A stretch of DNA of 64,000 nt from Eledone cirrhosa (Eukaryota): positions 87,792,001 to 87,856,000 of the forward strand of contig OZ024745.1 in assembly GCA_964016885.1 (NCBI GenBank). The letters run 5' to 3'. Each line of letters begins with the position of its first letter. Position 1 is the stretch's first letter. Made by a program: the position numbers and the translations under genes. The notes beneath the pieces were generated by a model. The model saw only the letters and a program-made list of their open reading frames with translations, searched no databases and was not told where the DNA came from. Positions 1 through 14,900 of this stretch are shown here, one piece after another.

Positions 1-2033
1 CCGAGAACAATTACACGCAAAGACAGAACCAAGTTTATGGTATAAATGATGTTGTGGATTAATATTCTATTTAGGAAACCGAATGATTCTTGGCTTCAGA
101 GTTAAGAAAAATTTAAATTACAGAGGTTATTGAAATGAACAATAATTAAATATATACATACACGCATCCAAATACGTACATACACATGCATACGCGAAAA
201 CACACGCTATGGTAAGCATATACAAGCACGTAACACAAAAACACGCGCAAAGATACAAAAACCCGCGCCACACCTGTACCCGCACACATACGTACGTATA
301 CACCAAATACACATAAAACATATATAAATATATATATATATATATGTGTGTGTGTGCATACATATAATTATATAAACGTATATAAATATACACACATAAA
401 TACGTATACAACGCATGTACACTCATACCTACAGGTAAATACACATATGTTCGCTAAATGTGCGTCAACCAAAACACAAAGTACACATATGCACACCCTA
501 CATACGTGCAAACCCGCATACAAACACACAAGCAAAATACACGTATATACATAACCAATACAAATGTACCAGTATATATAATATAATATATACACCTATA
601 ACAAATACGAGCAAATATACGTACGAGAAAGTATACGTACCTTCACAAAGCTTACAGGTAATATATACTTACCTATACAAATAAGTAATGGGATAAACAT
701 AAAATATACTTAGCTACCACATCAAGACGTAAATTATCCGCGTATTGTTCGTACTATCCGTTAGGGTATAATGTGGGGCTGTAATACAGGAAATGTTTAT
801 GCAATTTATGTTTACAAGCCGAAACTGCCTCAGATTTTTTGTTTAAGATGTGGTCATTGGCGTAGAGTATTTCCATGGCTTCAGCGGCGCAGACGTCGCA
901 TGGTCTTTTATTTCCGTTATACGTTCTAGCTTTACCTAGGATCGCCCAGTGTTACCTATATTGGGTGTGGTTGTCTTTCAGACTCCAGATATAAGCTGAA
1001 AGTGACGTCATATTCCTTCTTAAAGGGTTAAGAAAAGAATGGGTGTGCACATAAAGACGCTGCTTGAATCTATTGGCGATTAACCATGTGTAGGACCTAC
1101 GGGACGTGGGTGTTTCGACCTTACATTTGTAGACAATGTTACTAGAGGGGCATTTCCCGGATAGGGGGCAGTCAACCCGATTCCTTCAAGTGCAGTTAGT
1201 ACTAGCTACAGAACTGCACGTGTTCCTACGACTAGGTAATTTAGCTAATTTTGAAGCAGTGATGTTATGTGCAAAGTTAGGAGTTGTAGTGTAAGAAATG
1301 TTAATGGTAATTCTATTAAAAATGTTATTATATTTAGGTGCTGGGGAGAAATGCTTCTTAATAAGGGAGAGAAAGATCTTAGCTAATGGCGTGGCCACCT
1401 CCATATTATATGGTGGGTTATACCATATAATACGTCGGAATCGATTTGTCGTAGGTCTATTCTCAAACTTAGTATATGCTACCCTATCGACAAATCCACT
1501 CCGAACAAGATCTTCATCGTAATATGTGGAATGGTCGGTGAAAATATGCTTGGGAAAGCCTAAAAGAAATGTTTCTTACCAGGTTCTTGGTTGTGCTGGC
1601 AGGATTCTTAGAATGCTTACTTATGTAATTAAGCGTATCATTTGGCTTTCTATACGGGTAGTGCAAGCCATTCGACTAATTAAGGGTAACGTCGAGGTAA
1701 TTAACGACCGAGAGGTAGGCCTCAAACTGTATGGAGAGATTGAAGCCTTTAAAGAAGGCTGTGAGTTCTTTTCTGAACCAATCGCAAGCGCGTGGGCCGC
1801 ACATTGTCATGGTCAAAAGACCGTCATCACGGTACAAACCACCGACTACATTGGGGAATTCTTACTTGATAGAGAAAAGAAGGAAAAGGCCGATAAGACC
1901 AGTAACCTCCGCGGAATCGCTGGCGCCCATACTCACGTCGAATGGGGTACTATTAGATTTTTTAATCCAAATAGAGTCGTCGAAATTAATCACCGACTTA
2001 CGGGCATTGAGGATGACATCAACTTCGAAATCC
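1..2033 (-). mobile_element. Penelope-like retroelement family A, copy 1 (5'-truncated, decayed RT + GIY-YIG + 3' region running off the window start)
   Basis: Minus strand reads FDVSMGASDSAEVTGLIG, RRIIWYNPP and CPLSGKCPSSNIVYKCKVETPTSRRSYTWL with frameshifts. It is colinear with the reverse complement of about 51213-53283. Confidence 0.85.
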
Positions 2034-2694
2034 CTTTAAAAGGTATCTATATTTGAAGTTCTAGTTAAACTTTAATTAGTTACCTACCTAGCTGTGTGTG
2101 CTTACACACATTACAAATTATTCCCTGTGTTTGTCACATATGTTTATTGTAGATATATATATATGTCAATCAATTTCTAGTTGATATTAAATGCTCGGAT
2201 CTATTCATTGGAATCTTTTAGCATGTTTTGTAGAACATATACACATCAAAACTAGAACACTTTAACACTCTCAGCCATACAATAACTAAGTTGCAATTTT
2301 GATGTATCCAACCCCACTTTCCAAATACTACAATAAACAAAACAGTTAACATAATCTCATTCCAGATAAAACCTCCTCAATTTACATCAATACACATACA
2401 TGCATAACTATGATAACTCCAAGAACTCCAAGCCACATGCCGCATCTTCTCTATAAGTCTAGCTCCCACATTTTCTTGGCAAACAGTCTTCCGACTTACA
2501 TCAGACCATCTACTAGTTATCATTATAATACGCACTCACACGAATCAAAGATCGAAAGGAAAACATATTTTGCAAACTTCAAAAGAGTACACTGGAATGT
2601 GCCCATTAAGAAATAATGTCAGTCTTCAGACAGAATGCAACAACACTGGAATCACGTTCTTAGTTACTATAATGCATACATACATCAAAATAAT

Positions 2695-3068
<374 letters not shown>

Positions 3069-3076
3069 TTTGTTGT

Positions 3077-3230
3077 GAAGGTGTGTGGCTGAGTGGTTAG
3101 AGAATTGGATTCACAATCTTGAGGTTGTGAGTTCGATTCCTGGACCGGGCAATGCGTTATGTCCTTTATTTCACGTTGTTCCTTCTACCTGGAGTTGCGA
3201 CTGATAGATAGTACTAGCAACTGGAAAGAT
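3077..3230 (+). mobile_element. tRNA-derived SINE
   Basis: Pol III A box TGGCTGAGTGG (3086-3096) and B box GAGTTCGATTCC (3129-3140), followed by a non-tRNA body, between (TA)n runs. The 3' boundary is approximate. Confidence 0.75.
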
Positions 3231-3280
3231 CAACAGAAACATCGTTTGCTCGGTCCGATATGACGAGAGTCGATCGATCC

Positions 3281-3286
3281 TATATA

Positions 3287-3336
<50 letters not shown>

Positions 3337-3342
3337 CATAAA

Positions 3343-3401
<59 letters not shown>

Positions 3402-3480
3402 ATATATATGTATATATATATACATATGCACACACAAACACACATATATTTATATTTATATATACATGTATGTATATACA

Positions 3481-3516
<36 letters not shown>
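3281..3516. repeat. (TA)n-rich microsatellite
   Basis: Directly visible. Confidence 0.97.
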
Positions 3517-3519
<3 letters not shown>

Positions 3520-4165
3520 ACAAAATAACATAAAAAGACAACCCTAATTACACACCAGAAATAGCGAAGCTCATAAACGCCCGATACAACCTGAAACGCA
3601 ATAGACTATAGCCATATACAATCGAAATAAAACTTACCATCAAATAACTAAACATATACTGACAAAAATACACAATAAGCCATAGGAAAAAATAGAAACT
3701 AGCATAGATTTTGAATCCAAATTGTAGCACAAATCTAAAAGTAGAACACAACAGCGTGTAATTACCAACATCAATAATAACGAGGCATGTGATACTACTA
3801 ACTGGTCGAACGACCATTTTGTACTTCCCTCCTTGGCTTGGCGCCAATGAAGGAATCTCTTGGTGGTCTCTCTCAACAAACTAGAAATGGCAGTGAAAAT
3901 TCTTTCAAAGTACGTTTCTGTCATAGATTAGATATTAATACAAGGCAACTAAAATATAGCTGCGTGGTCTTTCGTACAGCTAAATATAACCCACGATACT
4001 GCCTTTAAAATATTGATATATTGACAAATGTAGTTCTATATATTATCTGCTACACCCGAAAAAAAGATAGTCACGGCTAGAACTTCTTAGATCACGGAAC
4101 TATTTAATTAGGGTGTACTTGGAAGCTAAGTGACGAGAATAATATCATCCCAACAGCTGTGTTTA

Positions 4166-4207
4166 CTATAATGGTTTCTGATTCAGGCACAAGGCCAGTA
4201 ATGTTTT
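4166..4207 (-). mobile_element. SINE 3'-tail fragment
   Basis: Reverse complement TTACTGGCCTTGTGCCTGAATCAGAAACCATTAT resembles the tails TGGCCTTGTGCCAAAAGTAGAAACAATTAT at about 49856 and 61147. Confidence 0.5.
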
Positions 4208-4484
4208 ACACCCACTGCTAGGAAAACACCAACCAGCCATCTAAACTGGCCAATCAATCGGTCACAACAATCAATGATATCAGAATTAGTTCTTAATCGA
4301 GCCTCCAAAAGATATTTTTCAATGCGATATAAGACAGTGTTGCTCCCAATCACTGGTGTTTAATACTACTTTGATGCTAAATTCCGCCAGTTGCAGGCTA
4401 CGATATTCAGTTAACATGAGATATTTTACTCCATAAAGTTCTATCACCACCAGCAGAGTTTAAAAGGCAAAGATCATGTCCAGT

Positions 4485-4825
4485 TCATAGGTTGACATCA
4501 TCAAGCCATCGTTTTGGCTGCCGGCCTCTGCTTCTTGTACCAGCCAATCTTACATCCAAGTATAACCTGCTCACATCACGAGTTGATATTTTTATATGAC
4601 CGCATAGTTTGAGTACTCTTGACTTGACAATTGATGTAATTGGTCCAAGTCTGGTAATGTTGAGCAGCTCACTGATACAGATACGTTCGCTGAGCCGCTT
4701 GCCAGTCATAAGTCTCATGGTGTGGTTCTGGAATGTAGAGAGCTTCAGAAGTGACTTTTTCGTCCAATTAACACAGTCATGACCATATAACACAACTGGT
4801 AGGATGTAAGTATCGAAAATCTTAC
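4485..4825 (-). pseudogene. RTE-like LINE, C-terminal RT fragment
   Basis: IFDTYILPVVLYGHDCVNWTKK...LKLCGHI...GTRSRGRQPKRWLDDV matches the RTE-type C-terminal pattern LYG..W..K / L...GH / G.R.RGRP.KRW.D. Confidence 0.8.
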
Positions 4826-4827
4826 AT

Positions 4828-5075
4828 CAAATTTCAGGGCGGCTGAGAGATTTCATTTTTGATGTGTGGCAACAGATATCCCCTCGCGTCTATTTGATTC
4901 TCCTTACCCTGTCGTTTCTAACGCCACACAATCCATAGCTATAACATATGAGGGTAATATTTCCTTTCAAATTTCAGAGTGGCAGAGAGATTTTATTTTT
5001 GAGGTGTGTTGACAGATATCCTCGGGCATCTACTTCATTCTCCTTACCCTGTTTCTAGCATAGCCATAACAGATA
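4828..5075. repeat. Diverged two-copy tandem duplication, about 140 bp period
   Basis: CAAATTTCAG..GGC.GAGAGATTT...ACAGATATCC...ATTCTCCTTACCCTGT occurs at 4828 and 4968. Confidence 0.85.
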
Positions 5076-5668
5076 TTGCCTCCACCACTATTATCAGCTT
5101 TATAAATACTCACTTTAATTCCATATCCTATCATAAGTAATAGTTACCATTACAAATTATAGAATCCACATTCACCATAAGTACCCTCTATATTATAAAC
5201 GACACTTGTACGGCCAATGCTACCACCATTACAATTACTACTATTACAATCACCACATGAATGGACCTGCCTTGAGCATATGTCTGTAGATTGGAGTAGA
5301 AAAACTGGCAGACAGGGTGACTGTAGCTTTTGTGGGATTTCTACACGAGTGACCCTTCGAGTCTCCTGAATTTTGGGGAATTTGATATGTTTGTTTTAAA
5401 GATTTTATAGATCTTATTTTACAAAAAGTAAGACCCACACTGTATCGTCCTGTACCGTCTTTAATGTTTCCTTAATGTGAGCCCTGTGTGGCTAATAAAG
5501 AATTCGCTATTACAATTACCACCAACTTTACCATTCCTACCACACAAACAAATGCTGCCGTTGGAACTACAACTGAGATCGACTCCTATTACCGTCTTCA
5601 CAGTCGTTACCACTAAGACTAGCACCAACAACACCGACACCGTATCTTACCGCCACCACTCTAATCAC

Positions 5669-5826
5669 CTTCTTCTTCTTCTTCTTCTTCTTCTTCTTCT
5701 TCTTCTTCTTCTTCTTCTTCTTCTTCTTCTTCTTCTTCTTCTTCTTCTTCTTCTTCTTCTTCTCATCATCATCAGTTGCAGCGTTATTATTATTATTATT
5801 ATTAGTAGTAGTAGTAGTAGTAGTAG
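5669..5826. repeat. Compound trinucleotide microsatellite (CTT)n-(CAT)n-(TTA)n-(TAG)n
   Basis: Directly visible; gives the poly-L and poly-R ORFs. Confidence 0.97.
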
Positions 5827-5989
5827 AAGCAGGAGTAGAAGCATTAAAGAAGTTATAAATAGCAACAACAATACCAACATGTGTAGTAATTTCTATTGGT
5901 AGCAGAACGAAGACATCAGTGACATCACTACAAACGTCACTACTACGTCACACCAGCAATATCTTAGTTATATAACTACATCAGCTATA

Positions 5990-8900
5990 GAAACAACAAT
6001 AACAACAATAACAACAACAACAACTATACCAACAACAACTACGACTACAGCAACATTGACAGCAACAAAAGTAACAACAATCATAACAACAACAGAATCA
6101 ACATCAACACGAACACTACCACCACCACCAACAACAACAACAACAACAACAACACTGACAACAGAAGCAACATCAACAACAACAACACTACCATCAACAC
6201 ACCAACACCAACAATAACAACAACAATAACAGAAGCAACATCACTACCACCACCACCAAAAATAACAACAATAATAACAACAACAATCACAACAACAGAA
6301 GCAACATCACTACCACAAACACCATCACCACCAAGAAGAACAACAATAACAACAGAAGCAACATCACTACCACCAACACCACCACCACCAACAACACCAC
6401 AAACAACAACAATCACAACAACAAAAGCAACATCACTACCACCACCACCAACACCATCACCAAAAACAAGAACAACAATGACAACAGAAGCAACATCGCT
6501 ACCACCACCAACAACAACAGCAATCACAACAGAAGCAATATCAATACCACAACCACGACCAACAACAGCAGAAGCAACATCGCTACAACCACCAACAACA
6601 ACAATCACAACAGAAGCAATATCAATACCACCACCACGACCAACAACAGCAGAAGCAACATCGCTACAACCACCAACAACAACAATCACAACAGAAGCAA
6701 TATCAATACCACCACCACGACCAACAACAACAGAAGCAACATCGCTACCACCACCAACAACAGCAATCACAAGAGAAGCAATATCAATACCACAACCACG
6801 TCGAACAACAACAGAAGCAACATCGCTACCACCACCAACAACAGCAATCACAACATAAGCAATATCAATACCACCACCACGACCAACAACAACAGAAGCA
6901 ACATCGCTACCACCACCAACAACAGCAATCACAACAGAAGCAATATCAATACCACAACCACGACCAACAACAACAGAAGCAACATCACTACCACCACCAA
7001 CAACAGCAATCACAACAGAAGCAATATCAATACTACAACCACGACCAACAACAACAGAAGCAACATCGCTACCACCACCAACAACAGCAATCACAACAGA
7101 AGCAATATCAATACCACCAACACGACCAACAACAACAGAAGCAACATCACTACCACCACCAACAACAGAAGCAACATCGCTACCAACACCAACAACAGCA
7201 ATCACAACATATCAATATCAATACCACAACCACGACCAACAACAACAACAGAAGCAACATCGCTACCACCACCAACAACAGCAATCACAACATAAGCAAT
7301 ATCAATACCACCACCACGACCAACAACAACAGAAGCAACATCGCTACCACCACCAACAACAGCAATCACAACAGAAGCAATATCAATACCACAACCACGA
7401 CCAACAACAACAGAAGCAACATCACTACCACCACCAACAACAGCAATCACAACAGAAGCAATATCAATACTACAACCACGACCAACAACAACAGAAGCAA
7501 CATCGCTACCACCACCAACAACAGCAATCACAACAGAAGCAATATCAATACCACCAACACGACCAACAACAACAGAAGCAACATCACTACCACCACCAAC
7601 AACAGCAATCACAACATAAGCAATATCTATACCACCACCACGACCAACAACAACAGAAGCAACATGGCTACAACCAACAACAACAGCAATCACAACATAA
7701 GCAATATCAATACCACCACCACGACCAACAACAACAGAAGCAACATCGCTACCACCACCAACAACATCAATCACAACAGAAGCAATATCAATACCAGCAC
7801 CACGACAAACAACAACAGAAGCAACATCACTACCCCCACCAACAACAGCAATCACAACATAAGCAATATCAATACCACCACCACGACCAACAACAACAGA
7901 AGCAACATCACTACCACCACCAACAACAACAGAAGCAACATCGCTACCACCACCAACAACAGCAGAAGCAACAGAAGCAATATCAATACCACCACCACGA
8001 CCAACAACAACAGAAGCAACATCACTACCACCACCAACAACAACAGAAGCAACATCGCTACCACCACCAACAACAGCAATCACAACAGAAGCAATATCAA
8101 TACCACCACCACGACCAACAACAACAGAAGCAACATCACTACCACCACCAACAACAACAGCAATCACAACATAAGCAATATCAATACCACCACCACGACC
8201 AACAACAACAGAAGCAACATCACTACCACCACCAACAACAACAGAAGTAACATCGCTACCACCACCAACAACAGCAATCACAACAGAAGCAATATCAATA
8301 CCACCACCATGACCAACAACAACAGAAGCAACATCACTACCACCACCAACAACAGCAATCACAACATAAGCAATATCAATACCACCACCACGACCAACAA
8401 CAGCAGAAGCAACATCACTACCACCACCAACAACAGCAATCACAACATAAGCAATATCAATACCACCACCAAGACCAACAACAACAGAAGCAACATCACT
8501 ACCACCACCAACAACAACAGCAATCACAACATAAGCAATATCAATACCACCACCACGACCAACAACAACAGAGGCAACATCACTACCACCACCAACAACA
8601 ACAGAAGCAACATCGCTACCACCACCAAGAACAGCAATCACAACAGAAGCAGTATCAATACCACCACCACGACCAACAACAACAGAAGCAACATCACTAC
8701 CACCACCAACAACAGCAATCACAACATAAGCAATATCAATACCACCACCACGACCAACAACAACAGAAGCAACATCGCTACCACCACCAACAACAGCAAT
8801 CACAACAGAAGCAATATCAATACCACAACCACGACCAACAACAACAGAAGCAACATCGCTACCACCACCAACAACAGCAATCACAACAGAAGCAATATCA

Positions 8901-11900
8901 ATACCACAACCACGACCAACAACAACAGAAGTAACATCACTACCACCACCAACAACAGCAATCACAACATAAGCAATATCAATACCACCACCACGACCAA
9001 CAACAACAGAAGCAACATCGCTACCACCACCAACAACATCAATCACAACAGAAGCAATATCAATACCAGCACCACGACCAACAACAACAGAAGCAACATC
9101 ACTACCCCCACCAACAACAGCAATCACAACAGAAGCAATATCAATACCACAACCACGACCAACAACAGCAGAAGCAACATCGCTACCACCACCAACAACA
9201 ACAGCAATCACAACATAAGCAATATCACTACCACAACCACGACCAACAACAACAGAAGCAACCTCGTTACCACCACCAACAACAGCAATCACAACAGAAG
9301 CAATATCAATACCACCACCACGACCAACAACAACAGAAGCAACATGGCTACAACCAACAACAACAGCAATCACAACATAAGCAATATCAATACCACCACC
9401 ACGACCAACAACAACAGAAGCAATATCACTACCCCCACCAACAACACCAATCACAACAGAAGCAATATCAATACCACCACCACGACCAACAACAGCAGAA
9501 GCAACATCGCTACCACCACCAACAACAGCAATCACAACAGAAGCAATATCAATACCACCACCACGACCAACAACAGCAGAAGCAACATCGCTACCACCAA
9601 CAACAACAACAGCAATCACAACATAAGCAATATCACTACCACAACCATGACCAACAACAACAGAAGCAACCTCGTTACCACCACCAACAACAGCAATCAC
9701 AACAGAAGCAATATCAATACCACCACCACGACCAACAACAACAGAAGCAACGTCACTACCACCCCCACCAACAACAGCAATCACAACATAAGCAATATCA
9801 ATACCACCACCACGACCAACAACAGAAGCAACATCGCTACTACCACCACCAACAACAGCAATCACATCAGAAGCAATATCAATACCGCCACCACGACCAA
9901 CAACAGCAGAAGCAACATCACTACCACCACCAACAACAACAGCAATCACAACAGAAGCAATATCAATACCACAACCACGACCAACAACAGCAGAAGCAAC
10001 ATCACTACCACCACCAACAACAACAGCAATCACAACAGAAGCAATATCAATACCACCACCACGACCAACAACAGAAGCAACATCACTACCACCACCAACA
10101 ACAACAGCAATCAAAACAGAAGCAATATCAATACCACAACCACGACCAACAACAACAGAACCAACGTCACTACCACCCCCACCAACAACAGCAATCACAA
10201 CATAAGCAATATCAATACCACCACCACGACCAACAACAACAGAAGCAACATCACTAACACCACTAACAACAACAGAAGCAACATCACTACCCCCACCAAC
10301 AACAGCAATCACAACATAAGCAATATCAATACCACCACCACGACCAACAACAACAGAAGCAACATCGCTACCACCACCAACAACAACAGCAATCACAACA
10401 TAAGCAATATCAATACCACCACCACGACCAACAACAACAGAAGCAACATCACTAACACCACCAACAACAACAGCAATCACAACATAAGCAATATCAATAC
10501 CACCACCACCAACAACAACAACAGAAGCAACATCACTACCACCACCAACAACAGCAATCACAACATAAGCAATATCAATACCACCACCACGACCAACAAC
10601 AACAGAAGCAACATCATTACCACCACCAACAACAACAGCAATCACAACATAAGCAATATCAATACCACCAACACGGCCAACAACAACAGAAGCAACATCA
10701 CTACCACCACCAACAACAACAGAAGCAACATCGCTACCACCACCAACAACAGCAATCACAACAGAAGCAATATCAATACCACCACCACGACCAACAACAG
10801 CAGAAGCAACATCGCTACCACCACCAACAACAACAGCAATCACAACAGAAGCAATATCAATACCGCCACCACGACCAACAACAGCAGAAGCAACATCACT
10901 ACCACCACCAACAACAACAGCAATCACAACAGAAGCAATATCAATACCACAACCACGACCAACAACAGCAGAAGCAACATCACTACCACCACCAACAACA
11001 ACAGCAATCACAACAGAAGCAATATCAATACCACAACCACGACCAACAACAGCAGAAGCAACATCACTACCACCACCAACAACAACAGCAATCACAACAG
11101 AAGCAATATCAATACCACCACCACGACCAACAACAGAAGCAACATCACTACCACCACCAACAACAACAGCAATCAAAACAGAAGCAATATCAATACCACA
11201 ACCACGACCAACAACAACAGAACCAACGTCACTACCACCCCCACCAACAACAGCAATCACAACATAAGCAATATCAATACCACCACCACGACCAACAACA
11301 ACAGAAGCAACATCACTAACACCACTAACAACAACAGAAGCAACATCACTACCCCCACCAACAACAGCAATCACAACATAAGCAATATCAATACCACCAC
11401 CACGACCAACAACAACAGAAGCAACATCGCTACCACCACCAACAACAACAGCAATCACAACATAAGCAATATCAATACCACCACCACGACCAACAACAAC
11501 AGAAGCAACATCACTAACACCACCAACAACAACAGAAGCAACATCACTACCCCCACCAACAACAGCAATCACAACATAAGCAATATCAATACCACCACCA
11601 CGAGCAACAACAACGGAAGCAACATCGCTACCACCACCAACAACAGCAATCACAACATAAGCAATATCAATACCACCACCACGACCAACAACAACAGAAG
11701 CAACATCACTACCACCACGAACAACAGCAATCACAACATAGGCAATATCAATACCACCACCACGACCAACAACAACAGAAGCAACATCACTAACACCACC
11801 AACAACAACAGCAATCACAACATAAGCAATATCAATACCACCACCACCAACAACAACAACAGAAGCAACATCGCTACCACCACCAACAACAACAATCACA

Positions 11901-14900
11901 ACATAAGCAATATCAATACCACCACCACGACCAACAACAACAGAAGCAACATCACTACCACCACCAACAACAGCAATCACAACATAAGCAATATCAATAC
12001 CACCAACACGGCCAACAACAACAGAAGCAACATCACTACCACCACCAACAACAACAGAAGCAACATCGCTACCACCACCAACAACAGCAATCACAACAGA
12101 ATCAATATCAATACCACCACCACGACCAACAACAACAGAAGCAACATCACTACCACCACCAACAACAGCAATCACAACATAAGCAATATCAATACCACCA
12201 ACACGAGCAACAACAACAGAAGCAACATCACTACCACCACCAACAACAGTAATCACAACATAAGCAATATCAATACCACCACGACGACCAACAGCAACAG
12301 AAGCAACATCACTACCACCACCAACAACAACAGCAATCACAACAGAAGCAATATCAATACCACTACCACGACCAACAACAACAGAAGCAACATCGCTACC
12401 ACCACCAACAACAGCAATCACAACAGAAGCAATATCAATACCACCACCACGACCAACAACAACAGAAGCAACATCGCTACCACCACCAACATCAACAGCA
12501 ACCACAACAGAAGCAATATCAATACCACTACCACGACCAACAACAACAGAAGCAACATCGCTACAACCAACAACAACAGCAATCACAACATAAGCAATAT
12601 CAATACCACCACCACTACCAACAACAACAGTAGCAACATCGCTACCAGCACCAACAACAACAGCAATCACAACATTAGCAACATCAATACCACCACCACG
12701 ACCAACAACAACAGAAGGAACATCGCTACCACCACCAACAACAACAGCAATCACAACATAAGCAACATCAATACCACACCACGACCAACAACAGCAGAAG
12801 CAACATCGCTACCACCACCAACAACAGCAATCACAACAGAAGCAATATCAATACCACCACCACGACCAACAACAGCAGAAGCAACATCGCTACCACCACC
12901 AACAACAACAGCAATCACAACATAAGCAATATCACTACCACAACCATGACCAACAACAACAGAAGCAACCTCGTTACCACCACCAGCAACAGCAATCACA
13001 ACAGAAGCAATATCAATACCACCACCACGACCAACAACAACAGAAGCAACGTCACTACCACCCCCACCAACAACAGCAATCACAACATAAGCAATATCAA
13101 TACCACCACCACGACCAACAACAGAAGCAACATCGCTACTACCACCACCAACAACAGCAATCACATCATAAGCAATATCAATACCACCACCACGACCAAC
13201 AACAACAGAAGCAACATCGCTACCACCACCAACAACAGCAATCACAACAGAAGCAATATCAATACCACCACCACGACCAACAACAGCAGAAGCAACATCG
13301 CTACCACCACCAACAACAACAGCAATCACAACAGAAGCAATATCAATACCGCCACCACGACCAACAACAGCAGAAGCAACATCACTACCACCACCAACAA
13401 CAACAGCAATCACAACAGAAGCAATATCAATACCACAACCACGACCAACAACAGCAGAAGCAACATCACTACCACCACCAACAACAACAGCAATCACAAC
13501 AGAAGCAATATCAATACCACCACCACGACCAACAACAGAAGCAACATCACTACCACCACCAACAACAACAGCAATCAAAACAGAAGCAATATCAATACCA
13601 CAACCACGACCAACAACAACAGAACCAACGTCACTACCACCCCCACCAACAACAGCAATCACAACATAAGCAATATCAATACCACCACCACGACCAACAA
13701 CAACAGAAGCAACATCACTAACACGACTAACAACAACAGAAGCAACATCACTACCCCCACCAACAACAGCAATCACAACATAAGCAATATCAATACCACC
13801 ACCACGACCAACAACAACAGAAGCAACGTCACTACCACCCCCACCAACAACAGCAATCACAACATAAGCAATATCAATACCACCACCACGACCAACAACA
13901 ACAGAAGCAACATCACTAACACCACCAACAACAACAGAAGCAACATCACTACCCCCACCAACAACAGCAATCACAACATAAGCAATATCAATACCACCAC
14001 CACGAGCAACAACAACGGAAGCAACATCGCTACCACCACCAACAACAGCAATCACAACATAAGCAATATCAATACCACCACCACGACCAACAACAACAGA
14101 AGCAACATCACTAACACCACCAACAACAACAGCAATCACAACATAAGCAATATCAATACCACCACCACCAACAACAACAACAGAAGCAACATCGCTACCA
14201 CCACCAACAACAACAATCACAACATAAGCAATATCAATACCACCACCACGACCAACAACAACAGAAGCAACATCACTACCACCACCAACAACAGCAATCA
14301 CAACATAAGCAATATCAATACCACCACCACGACCAACAACAACAGAAGCAACATCACTACCACCACCAACAACAACAGCAATCACAACATAAGCAATATC
14401 AATACCACCAACACGGCCAACAACAACAGAAGCAACATCACTACCACCACCAACAACAACAGAAGCAACATCGCTACCACCACCAACAACAGCAATCACA
14501 ACAGAATCAATATCAATACCACCACCACGACCAACAACAACAGAAGCAACATCACTACCACCACCAACAACAGCAATCACAACATAAGCAATATCAATAC
14601 CACCACCACGAGCAACAACAACAGAAGCAACATCACTACCACCACCAACAACAGTAATCACAACATAAGCAATATCAATACCACCACCACGACCAACAGC
14701 AACAGAAGCAACATCACTACCACCACCAACAACAACAGCAATCACAACAGAAGCAATATCAATACCACTACCACGACCAACAACAACAGAAGCAACATCG
14801 CTACCACCACCAACAACAGCAATCACAACAGAAGCAATATCAATACCACCACCACGACCAACAACAACAGAAGCAACATCGCTACCACCACCAACATCAA

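Noticed and set aside
2560-2640. Minus-strand CTGAAGA as a hammerhead core
   Set aside because: No matching GAAA, stem III and NUH with stem I pairing could be found downstream.
3079-3150. Functional tRNA gene
   Set aside because: A and B boxes are present, but there is no convincing acceptor stem and the sequence continues into a SINE-like body.
3640-3924. 94-aa minus-strand ORF as a host exon
   Set aside because: No recognisable motif or supporting splice pattern.
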